64,000 nt of DNA, taken from an uncultured bacterium (GTDB lineage Bacteria > Hydrothermota > Tepidihabitantia > SM23-42). Positions 9,609 through 18,361 of this stretch are shown here, one piece after another. How positions within the stretch are numbered: position 1 is the first letter of the stretch; each line of letters begins with the position of its first letter. The position numbers were made by a program, and so were the translations under genes. The stretch is taken from assembly GCA_964419565.1 (NCBI GenBank), contig CAYQPW010000008.1, positions 28,284 to 92,283 of the forward strand. The letters run 5' to 3'. The notes beneath the pieces are model-generated. The model saw only the letters and a program-made list of their open reading frames with translations, was not told the origin of the DNA and ran no database searches.

Positions 9609-9895
9609 ATTGCCTCCTTTCCCTGATGAACGCAATACTAACCAAGATGGAGGGTAATGTCAAGACAACTGCTTCATTGACTGAGTAGCAATAATGAGTA
9701 AAATGATATCAGCGGTTATGCTGGTCCTGGAAAACGTAGTAAATGTTCGAGGGAGTTAACCTAAGGCAAGAAACCACTGTCTTATTGACGTTATGGTATT
9801 GCGAAACTTTTTGTTTAATCTTACGTATAGTATATATAGCACTTTGACGAGGGATTTTTGAGTAATTTTATTTATTAACAGAACAAGGAGTGGTA

Positions 9896-10573
9896 ATGAA
9901 AAGGTTATTAGATGTTTTTTCTGCACCAACAAGATTGTTTACCAGTATAAAGGAAAAACCAGAATGGATTTTGCCTTTTGTCATCGTCCTTGTCATTGTC
10001 GCAATTGCAGCATCGTCTACTGTCGTGCTGACGAAAGATGCGATGATCACTAGACAGGAAGAGGTTCTTAAGGAAAGGGGTTTGGACGATGCTCAGATCG
10101 AGCAGACCAAGAAATTCATGCAGGGACCTTTACCTGCAGTATTTGGTGGTATCAGTGGAGCGATCTTTGTCGGCATACTCTTATTATTGTTCACCGTGAT
10201 ACTCAACCTATTTGTACCTGTTTTTGGCGGCATCAGTGGTTTTAAAAGCGTTCTAACCGTGGTCAGTTTTGCAGCATTGATTAAGGTTCCATCAGCGATA
10301 CTTAAAATAATACTTATGGCGATAACAAAATCTCCATTTGTAACAACATCACTTGCGCTCATTACACCGAATTTAGAGAAAACATCGTTCGTTTATCAAC
10401 TGCTTGCGGGTTTTGATTTCTTTATCATCTGGGAAATGATACTCGTTGCGATCGGAATAAATATCATAAACGGCGTGAAAAAACAAAATGCCTATATTTT
10501 GGTGTTTTTAATCTGGGTTGTATCATTATTTATTGGTATCGGTCTCAGTTTTTTACGAGGACCTGCTGGCTAA
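9896..10573 (+). CDS. Yip1-domain family membrane protein
   Basis: MKRLLDVFSAPTRLFTSIKEKPEWILPFVIV... followed by 5 TM segments, a typical Yip1/DUF1282-like layout. ATG at 9896 is preceded by AAGGAG; the track start at 9890 is a GTG. Confidence 0.65.
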   Translation: MKRLLDVFSAPTRLFTSIKEKPEWILPFVIVLVIVAIAASSTVVLTKDAMITRQEEVLKERGLDDAQIEQTKKFMQGPLPAVFGGISGAIFVGILLLLFTVILNLFVPVFGGISGFKSVLTVVSFAALIKVPSAILKIILMAITKSPFVTTSLALITPNLEKTSFVYQLLAGFDFFIIWEMILVAIGINIINGVKKQNAYILVFLIWVVSLFIGIGLSFLRGPAG

Positions 10574-10617
10574 AGTTTCTTAAACATGTTTTTCAAAAGC
10601 GAGGATATTAAGAAAAG

Positions 10618-11853
10618 ATGATGGTTTTTTTACTTTTTTTTCAGATCGATTCCCTGTCTTTAAATAAGGCAATCGATATGGCACTTGCCCAGAGCCCGGC
10701 ATACTATGAAGCAAAAGTAACTTTCGAAAAATCCCGGATATTATACTATCAAACGCTGACCAGTTTGCTGCCAACAATATCAGCATCTGGAACTTATTCG
10801 AATAGTGAGTATCAGGGTGTTGAAAGTAGTGGCTATTCAGGTAATATTCAGTTGAACCAGCCTCTCTTTGACCTGGATATTTTAAGTTCTGTTTTTATCA
10901 GCCGCAGACAACAAAGGGGCAGCAGAATACAGTATGACGCACAGATCGCGGGGTTGATCCTCAATCTTAAAACCGCATATTATGATCTTATCAATGCACG
11001 AGAGCTTTTGGAATCATCAGAAGTTGCTATTGAAAGAGCCCGGGAAAATCTTGAATTAATAAAAACAAAATATGAGCTTGGTTCAGCATCGAGGCTTGAG
11101 ATGTTGCAGGGTGAGGTCTTTCACTTGAGTGCTTTGCAGGATAGGGCAAAAGCCCGGACCATGGAAATATCTGCACACGAGGAACTAAAATCAATACTCG
11201 GTACTCACGAGGAGATCAATGTGATAGATACCTTAACAATACCCGATAGCACAGATTTTCTGCCGCTCGACTCGATGTTCGTTATTCTCGCATCAGCGAA
11301 TTATAATATTCAAATCGCTCAGGAGTTAAGAAAAGCGGCAAAATTGGATCTGGTATCGTCTTACCTGAGATTCCTGCCAAGAATTTCATTATTTTACGGC
11401 TATACTTATAATTCAGATTCATTGGTTTTCGACTTTCAGCACGTTGAAGATAACGCAACTCGTAACTATGGGATAACGATGTCTTTTCCTATATTTGAGA
11501 TCAAATCTTTGATCTTCAATCACCTGAACGCGAAAAAGGAACTCGAGCTGCGAGAACATGAACAAAAACGTATTCTTCTGGAAAATGAAAAAAACCTGAG
11601 TACGACTTATTTTGCGCTGAAAGAATCATATGAACGAGTATATTTTGCCAGGAAAAGTTATGATGCCGCGACTGAGGCATCTGTTATTGCTCGAGAGCAA
11701 TATGCGCTGGGTATCATATCTTTTTTGGAATTTTTAGCGTCGGAAAAAGACCTTTATGGAGCCAAAGTTACATTTAAATCTGCTCTGAGTGATCTCTATA
11801 TTCAACGTGCTAACCTGTCTTATCTTCTCGGTCAGTCATTTAGTGAGGAATAG
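10618..11853 (+). CDS. TolC-family outer membrane efflux protein
   Basis: LSLNKAIDMALAQSPAYYEAK... with two repeat halves and typical OEP motifs (LLPTISASGTY, NLELIKTKYELGSASRLEMLQ). First gene of the efflux operon. Confidence 0.85.
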   Translation: MMVFLLFFQIDSLSLNKAIDMALAQSPAYYEAKVTFEKSRILYYQTLTSLLPTISASGTYSNSEYQGVESSGYSGNIQLNQPLFDLDILSSVFISRRQQRGSRIQYDAQIAGLILNLKTAYYDLINARELLESSEVAIERARENLELIKTKYELGSASRLEMLQGEVFHLSALQDRAKARTMEISAHEELKSILGTHEEINVIDTLTIPDSTDFLPLDSMFVILASANYNIQIAQELRKAAKLDLVSSYLRFLPRISLFYGYTYNSDSLVFDFQHVEDNATRNYGITMSFPIFEIKSLIFNHLNAKKELELREHEQKRILLENEKNLSTTYFALKESYERVYFARKSYDAATEASVIAREQYALGIISFLEFLASEKDLYGAKVTFKSALSDLYIQRANLSYLLGQSFSEE

Positions 11854-11890
11854 AAATGAAGTGCATTGGTAGTTTAACCAAAGGAGTGGG

Positions 11891-13051
11891 ATGAAAAAGA
11901 AGTTTTTATTTATAATCGGCGGTGTAGTTATTATTGCTATCGTGATCATACTCAATCTCTTGCAGGGCAATAAGGGCAAAGAAGTTGAGGTGAAAATAAT
12001 CCAAGAAGGCAATATCGTTTCCGAAGTCACGGCTTCTGGTGAGTTGCGAGCTAAGGCCCAAGTCGATATTTCTTCAGAAACGATCGGACGGATAAAAAAG
12101 ATATTTTTTCAAGAGGGTGATTACGTAAAAGAAAACGCCCTGCTTATAGAACTCGATGATGTTAAGGTCAAGGCAAGTAAAACACTTGCGGAAGCTCAGT
12201 TAAAACAAGCAGAACAAGATCTTGCTCGTGCTGAAAAGCTCTTTGAGAAGGACCTAATATCAAAGGAAAGCTACGAGAAAATTTTGTTGAGCTATGAAGC
12301 GACAAAAGCTCAATATGAACAGGCTGCAGATGCCTATAAAAAGACCAAGATCTATGCACCGATATCCGGGAAGATAATGAAGATAAACGTTGAAGAGGGT
12401 GAAACCGCAGTAATGGGCACGATGAACTACCAGGGAACCGTGCTCATGACCATAGCTGATATGTCGATGATGATCGCCGTGGTGACTATCGATGAAACAG
12501 ATGTTCCTACTGTATCAGTGGGGCAAGAGGTGCAAGTTATAGCAGACGCATTACCTGATTCGATATATTCCGGAAAGGTGACGAGAGTCGGTCTGATGCC
12601 TATTACCAGTCAACTCACTACTGAAAAAGTGACTGATTTTGAAGTTGAGATAGAGCTTGGTAAATTTTCGCCATTGCTGCGACCGGGGATGAACGTAAAG
12701 ACCGAGATAATAACCAGTGAAAAAAGTGATGTACTTATTGTCCCGATCCAGGCTTCAGGTAAAAGAAAGATCGAGGAAAAAACAGCGGAAACAGTTTTCA
12801 AAGTTGAGGGTGGCAATGCTGTTCTTAAAGAGATAGTCACTGGCGCCTCGAGCGATACTGATGTTGAAATCATTTCAGGCGTTGAACAAGGCGATACTAT
12901 TATTATCGGACCTTATCGCGTTCTTTCAAAACTGAAGGATGGTGAACATGTGCAATTTAAAATTGACGAAAAAGATACGTCATCTTCTAAATTGCCTCAA
13001 AGCACGGTTGCCCCCAGGCGCGTGCTAGGAGCAATAAAAAAAAGGATATAA
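11891..13051 (+). CDS. Efflux periplasmic adaptor subunit (HlyD/MacA family)
   Basis: N-terminal TM anchor, a coiled-coil hairpin (LKQAEQDLARAEKLFEKDLISKESYE), the YAPISGKIMKINVEEGE lipoyl-like motif, and a beta-barrel domain. Confidence 0.85.
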   Translation: MKKKFLFIIGGVVIIAIVIILNLLQGNKGKEVEVKIIQEGNIVSEVTASGELRAKAQVDISSETIGRIKKIFFQEGDYVKENALLIELDDVKVKASKTLAEAQLKQAEQDLARAEKLFEKDLISKESYEKILLSYEATKAQYEQAADAYKKTKIYAPISGKIMKINVEEGETAVMGTMNYQGTVLMTIADMSMMIAVVTIDETDVPTVSVGQEVQVIADALPDSIYSGKVTRVGLMPITSQLTTEKVTDFEVEIELGKFSPLLRPGMNVKTEIITSEKSDVLIVPIQASGKRKIEEKTAETVFKVEGGNAVLKEIVTGASSDTDVEIISGVEQGDTIIIGPYRVLSKLKDGEHVQFKIDEKDTSSSKLPQSTVAPRRVLGAIKKRI

Positions 13052-13734
13052 TGGGTGATAGAAATACGATTTGCCGAGCGCTCGATCTGAAGAAAACTTA
13101 TTGGCGTGGCAAAGTTGCGGTCGATGCATTACGGGGTGTAAGTATAAAGATATTGCCGAATGATTATATTTCGATCATGGGGCCATCTGGATCCGGAAAA
13201 TCAACGCTGGTCCACATCCTCAGCTGCTTGGATTCCCCAACATCGGGAGAGTACTATCTTGAGGATAAATTGGTTTCAAATTATACAGACCAGGAATTAG
13301 CTAAGGTCAGAAATATATTTTTTGGTTTTGTTTTTCAGAGTTTCAGTTTGTTGCCGAGACTTACCGCGCTTGACAATGTCGCAATGCCCCTTATTTATGC
13401 GGGCGTGAAAAAACAGGAAAGGAAAATCAGGTCTCAGACAATACTCAAGCGAGTTGGTCTCGAGGACAGAATGCTCCACCGCCCCAATGAAATGTCTGGT
13501 GGTGAATGCCAGCGTGTAGCTATCGCCCGATCGTTGGTTAATAACCCAAAGGTAATATTCGCCGATGAGCCGACTGGAAATCTTGATTCCAAGACCGGGA
13601 TGGAGATCATGGAACTTTTTGATAGTCTGGTTAAAGAAGGCAATACTGTAGTAATGGTGACTCATGATCTCAGTGTTGCTGATCATGCAAACCGGATCAT
13701 CAAATTAAAGGACGGGCTTATCGAAAATGATTGA
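13051..13734 (+). CDS. ABC transporter ATP-binding protein (MacB/LolD/FtsE-like)
   Basis: Walker A GPSGSGKST, signature MSGGECQRVAIAR, Walker B VIFADEPTGNLD. The start overlaps the upstream stop (TAATG). Confidence 0.92.
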   Translation: MGDRNTICRALDLKKTYWRGKVAVDALRGVSIKILPNDYISIMGPSGSGKSTLVHILSCLDSPTSGEYYLEDKLVSNYTDQELAKVRNIFFGFVFQSFSLLPRLTALDNVAMPLIYAGVKKQERKIRSQTILKRVGLEDRMLHRPNEMSGGECQRVAIARSLVNNPKVIFADEPTGNLDSKTGMEIMELFDSLVKEGNTVVMVTHDLSVADHANRIIKLKDGLIEND

Positions 13735-14977
13735 AATTCTTGCAAAAATCGCCCTCTCTTTTCAGACATTCAAAACCCACAGACTGAGGTCTGTGCTTAC
13801 CGCCCTGGGTATCATAATTGGCGTAACGACGGTTATTGCTATCCTTTCTTTGATCGAGGGGTTGAATAATAGTGTTGCCGAACAGGTGAAATCGATCGGG
13901 TCAGATTTGATTTTTCTTCAAAAATTTACATGGGTATCGACTGGCCACCGCGATCTTGAAAAACTTGCAGATCGCCCTGATTTAACCCCAGATGATGCTG
14001 TGGCGATCACTAAATTACCATCCGTCGAAATAGCGATTCCTGATATCGATCAACGGATTACCAAGATAAAATACAGGAATAATGAAGTAAGTAACCCAAC
14101 GATTACTGGTTCCGATGAAAATTATTCATGGGTAAATAATCATATTATCGAGAGTGGTCGGGATTTCACAAAGGATGATGTTCTTCACCGTCGACCAATG
14201 GGTATTATCGGATCTTTTATAGCCGCACAATTATTCCCCGATGAATCCCCGATTGGCAAGGATCTATATATCGATGGGCATCGGATAAAGATAATTGGCG
14301 TATTCAAAGAAAAAGGCTCTTTTCTCGGTAATAGTCTTGATAATTTTATACTCATTCCTTATACGGTCTATGAGAAATTTTATCCGAGAAGCAGAGGATC
14401 TATTTTCTCTCGTATTTACGGTGGATACTCAATAGATATAAAACCAAAATCCGGGGAAAAGATGGAAGAGACTATCGATGAAGTTAGGGAACTCATGCGG
14501 CGTAGACATGGTCTTGGTTTTGATGAAGAAGATGATTTTGAGATGAACACCCAGCAATTACTCATGGAGCTCTACCAGAACATAACCAGGGTAGGCTTTA
14601 TTGCGATCGTTGCGATCGCTGCTATTTCGTTAGTGGTTGGGGGAATTGGCATTATGAATATTATGCTTGTTTCTGTAGCCGAGAGGACAAGGGAAATCGG
14701 TATTCGAAAAGCAGTTGGCGCTTCAAATCAATATATCCTTTCGCAATTTCTTGTTGAGTCGGTCATGCTTGCTCTGGCCGGTGGTATTATCGGAATATTT
14801 TTTGGTATGTTACTCGCTGCCTTGATCTCAATTGCATCACCCCTGAAAGCAGCCGTATCTTTCTGGATGATCCTTTTGGGTTTTGGATTTTCCGCGTCGG
14901 TCGGTATATTCTTTGGTATTTATCCAGCGCGGCGTGCCGCGTCACTAAACCCGATAGAAGCTCTCAGGTATGAATAG
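13727..14977 (+). CDS. ABC transporter permease, MacB/FtsX family
   Basis: MacB_PCD-like periplasmic domain followed by an FtsX C-terminal 3-TM domain (RTREIGIRKAVGAS...YPARRAASLNPIEALRYE). Confidence 0.9.
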   Translation: MIEILAKIALSFQTFKTHRLRSVLTALGIIIGVTTVIAILSLIEGLNNSVAEQVKSIGSDLIFLQKFTWVSTGHRDLEKLADRPDLTPDDAVAITKLPSVEIAIPDIDQRITKIKYRNNEVSNPTITGSDENYSWVNNHIIESGRDFTKDDVLHRRPMGIIGSFIAAQLFPDESPIGKDLYIDGHRIKIIGVFKEKGSFLGNSLDNFILIPYTVYEKFYPRSRGSIFSRIYGGYSIDIKPKSGEKMEETIDEVRELMRRRHGLGFDEEDDFEMNTQQLLMELYQNITRVGFIAIVAIAAISLVVGGIGIMNIMLVSVAERTREIGIRKAVGASNQYILSQFLVESVMLALAGGIIGIFFGMLLAALISIASPLKAAVSFWMILLGFGFSASVGIFFGIYPARRAASLNPIEALRYE

Positions 14978-15120
14978 CGGGGTGAGGTCTTGAAACTTAA
15001 AAATAGATTCTTAACGCGATCTTCAGTTAGCAATAACCTTGAGGGTGTATCTTAAATTTCAAGACCTGACCCCACTATGTCGTCTTGACATAAGAATAAT
15101 TTAGCATAAAATTATTTTAG

Positions 15121-18100
15121 ATGCGAGAAATCTATTACGACGAACTCACCGGTAGCTATAATCGCCGGTTCCTGCACTATTGGATAGACAATGAAATAAA
15201 AAGAGCGACCCGGTTCCCCGCCAAATTTGCTATATTAATGCTCGATATAGATGATTTTCGCAATATAAATAATAGCTGTGGTCATTTAGAGGGTGATAAA
15301 GTACTCATCGAGTTCAGCCGTGTATTAGATATCAACATAAGAGAAGTCGACAGCCTTGTTCGTTATGGTGGCGATGAATACCTCATCTTAATGCCGAATA
15401 CCGATGAAAGTGGTGCGATCGAGCTGGCGCAAAGGGTCATGGATTATCTGAACGAGTCTGATATTGTCGGACACAAGATACACTGCAGTATTGGATATGC
15501 GATATTTCCTGAAGATGGAATTACTTCTGAACCTTTGATCAATCAGGCAGACAATTTAATGTACAATGCAAAGGAACAGGGGAAAAATCGGATCGGCTCA
15601 AAGCAGCAGGCAGTGAAAAACCTTCAGATCCCTTCATTAGAGACGATCGGACGAGAAGATGAAACAAACTGGTGTCTTGGTGAGCTTAAGGATTATGATA
15701 CGTTATTTGTTGCCGGTGGAGCTGGTATAGGAAAAACAAGGCTTGTGCTTGAAATCAAAGATCGAATCAATGCGCCGGTTTTTCTTAGGGGTAATGCCTA
15801 TGCAGCGTTAACATCGGTTCCTTATCACCCGTTTAAGAATATGTTCAGCGAGATGATTAAACGGGATTTTGGTCTAGTCCAGCGGGTTTTTAAGCAATTA
15901 CCGGCAATATCACAGGCTGAGATCATGAAGATCTTTCCGGCCGAGAGTGCACTTAAAGTCACTTATGCGGAAAGTCTTGACAAGTACAGGTTATATAATT
16001 CGGTCAGCGAATTCCTTCAAAGAGTTTATGACATTCATGCTCCCGGTAAAATATTATTGTTACTCGATGATCTTCACTGGTTAGATAAGCCAAGTTGTGA
16101 GTTGATGGATTTTGTGATAAGAAGCACTCATGGAAACTGTAAGATTTTTGGAACATACCGGATTGAAGAAATAAAGAATTCAGCGATTGAGGAATTCTAT
16201 AACGTTTGGATAAGAGAGAAACTTTATACACAAATAACGGTTTCTCCATTGAACGAAACCCAGACTGAGCGTTTATTAAAGGCGATCATGGGTAAGGCGC
16301 CGGGGTCGGGGTTCAAACATATTTTCAAACAAAGCGGCGGTAATCCATTTTATCTTGAGGAGATCATAAGGGAAATGGAAAGGCAGGGAAAACTCTACTG
16401 GAATGGCAAAGAGTGGGTTTTTGCCAGGAGGCTTGAAATAACGATCCCGAGTACAATTGAAGCAACGATCAATAGAAAACTCAAATTTCTTGACTCGGAA
16501 ATAAAGAAGTATCTTGAAATTGCTGCTGTTTACGGGCAGGAATTCGGTGCCGAAATCATCGCCTTAGCGAGTAATAGAAATGTTGGGCAGATCCTTGATG
16601 CGATTGATGAATTATCGAGACTTGGATTCCTGAAGGAACGTAGCCACGATAATCATTTTTTCTCTGAAGATCTGGTTCGTCAAATCGTATATAATAATAT
16701 CAATCGTCAGGATCTGATCAAATATCACCGGGCTGTTGGCGTAACCATAGAAACTATTTATCGCAATGTGCTGCCCAATTATTACGAACAACTGGCAACT
16801 CACTTCATGATCGCTAACGAAGTAAGTAAAGCGCTTTACTATTCCAAAGAAGCGGCTCGCAAAGCACAAAATAATTATGCGCACAGCGCAGCGATCAAAT
16901 TTTATGAGAATGCTTTGAAATACGAAGATAATATCGACGAAATATTCAAGATCAAATTTGCGTTGGCTGAAATATTTTTTTTGATAGGCAAGTTCGACAA
17001 AGCGATCGAGCAGCTGAACGTCTGTTTGAAAATAAACCCGAATTCGTATCGAGTACACGAGAAGCTTGGCAATGTTTATGAAGATATGGGTGATTACAAG
17101 CAGAGTATAAAACAATATCAGGTAGGATTGAAGCTAACCAGAGGAACTGATGCTGTCTATTCATTCGAGAGTGATATCGCCTGGGTGCATACCCGTCTGG
17201 GCGATTATAATAAAGCGGAAATTAAATGCCACAAAGTTTTGACGAAAAGAAGACATCTAAGCAAACAAACCCTTGGTGATACCTATTTGATATTGGGTGT
17301 TGTGTATCTCCGTCTGGGTAAATTCAAAAAAGCAGAATCATATATCAGAAAGGCGTTGAAGATCCGTGAGTCCAGTGGAGATAAAAAACGCATTGCCGCG
17401 TGTTATCTTGATCTTGGCTTGAACTACTATGAAAAATTAGACGAGGAGAAAAGCCATCATTTCTATAACCGGGCTTTGAAAATCTACAAGGAAATCGGTC
17501 ACCAGCAGGGTATCCTTATTGCGTATAATAATATCGGTGCACTTTATGCAAACACTGATTTAACCAAGGCCGAAGAATATTATCTGGAAGCTTTAAAACA
17601 GGCAAAATTGGTGAACGCAAAACAGTCGATCGTCTACCTGTACTCCAATCTTGGTGCCATTGAGTTTAACCGCATGATGTATGACCAGACGCTGCTTCAC
17701 TACAAAGAAGCGTTAAAACATGCAAAGCTCATGAATTATCCTGCAGGGATTGTTTTTAGTAATATTGGATTGAGTGATTTCTATCGAGAACAGGGAAAGA
17801 TAAAACGCGGCAAGCTGCATTTGGAGCGAGCGATCAAAGCGGCAGAACGAGTGGACATGAAGTACCTTCATCTTGACTGCATGAAAGAGGAAATAGACTA
17901 TCTGCTCCTTGAGCGGAAATTGAAAAAAGCAGATGCCCTTTCTAAAAAAATGTTATCAGCGCTACGTATGGAGCGAAAGGGTTCATACAAGGTCAATAGC
18001 TTCATTTATCGGGGAAAGGTATTCACCGAACAGAAGAAATATCCCAAAGCCCTTGAGCATTACACAAAAGCTTTCTCATATTTAAAAACATACCCCAGTA

Positions 18101-18270
18101 CGCGCTTAGCTGGCGAAATTTACTTTTTGCGGGGCATTGTGTACAAAAAACAAAAAAAGACAAGAGAAGCTCTGAAGATGTTCCTTGAGGCGACCAATAT
18201 TTTCCGGGCTAAAGGCAATCTGAGATTCGTCGATAAGATCGAGCGGGAGATTACCGAAGCACATATTTAA
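15121..18270 (+). CDS. Diguanylate cyclase (GGDEF) fused to a STAND/AAA16-type P-loop NTPase and a C-terminal TPR array
   Basis: The GGDEF domain starts at residue about 7 (DELTGSYNRRF). I-site REVD lies 5 residues before RYGGDEY. P-loop AGGAGIGKTRLV at about residue 198-209, Walker B LLLLDDLHWLD, then about 450 aa of TPR-like repeats (AIKFYENALKY, GNVYEDMGDYKQSIKQYQ...). Confidence 0.85.
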   Translation: MREIYYDELTGSYNRRFLHYWIDNEIKRATRFPAKFAILMLDIDDFRNINNSCGHLEGDKVLIEFSRVLDINIREVDSLVRYGGDEYLILMPNTDESGAIELAQRVMDYLNESDIVGHKIHCSIGYAIFPEDGITSEPLINQADNLMYNAKEQGKNRIGSKQQAVKNLQIPSLETIGREDETNWCLGELKDYDTLFVAGGAGIGKTRLVLEIKDRINAPVFLRGNAYAALTSVPYHPFKNMFSEMIKRDFGLVQRVFKQLPAISQAEIMKIFPAESALKVTYAESLDKYRLYNSVSEFLQRVYDIHAPGKILLLLDDLHWLDKPSCELMDFVIRSTHGNCKIFGTYRIEEIKNSAIEEFYNVWIREKLYTQITVSPLNETQTERLLKAIMGKAPGSGFKHIFKQSGGNPFYLEEIIREMERQGKLYWNGKEWVFARRLEITIPSTIEATINRKLKFLDSEIKKYLEIAAVYGQEFGAEIIALASNRNVGQILDAIDELSRLGFLKERSHDNHFFSEDLVRQIVYNNINRQDLIKYHRAVGVTIETIYRNVLPNYYEQLATHFMIANEVSKALYYSKEAARKAQNNYAHSAAIKFYENALKYEDNIDEIFKIKFALAEIFFLIGKFDKAIEQLNVCLKINPNSYRVHEKLGNVYEDMGDYKQSIKQYQVGLKLTRGTDAVYSFESDIAWVHTRLGDYNKAEIKCHKVLTKRRHLSKQTLGDTYLILGVVYLRLGKFKKAESYIRKALKIRESSGDKKRIAACYLDLGLNYYEKLDEEKSHHFYNRALKIYKEIGHQQGILIAYNNIGALYANTDLTKAEEYYLEALKQAKLVNAKQSIVYLYSNLGAIEFNRMMYDQTLLHYKEALKHAKLMNYPAGIVFSNIGLSDFYREQGKIKRGKLHLERAIKAAERVDMKYLHLDCMKEEIDYLLLERKLKKADALSKKMLSALRMERKGSYKVNSFIYRGKVFTEQKKYPKALEHYTKAFSYLKTYPSTRLAGEIYFLRGIVYKKQKKTREALKMFLEATNIFRAKGNLRFVDKIEREITEAHI

Positions 18271-18310
18271 AAGTCATTAGCAGGATAGCAAAAAACAGGA
18301 GGCTTTAATT

Positions 18311-18340
18311 AAAAAGGGGGCATATACATGCCCCCTTTTT
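18311..18340. terminator. Bidirectional intrinsic terminator between convergent genes
   Basis: AAAAAGGGGGCAT-ATAC-ATGCCCCCTTTTT: a 13-bp perfect stem flanked by A and T runs, so it can work on both strands. Confidence 0.8.
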
Positions 18341-18361
18341 AATTAGATTAATTCCGCATTA

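Noticed and set aside
13297-13686. 129-aa and 69-aa minus-strand ORFs inside the ABC ATPase gene. Similar antisense ORFs occur within many other genes, for example 16612..17115, 23667..24062, 41111..41554, 48160..48717 and 54664..55080.
   Set aside because: They are fully nested antisense to strongly supported conserved genes, have no homology features, and show odd composition. I treat them as frame shadows.
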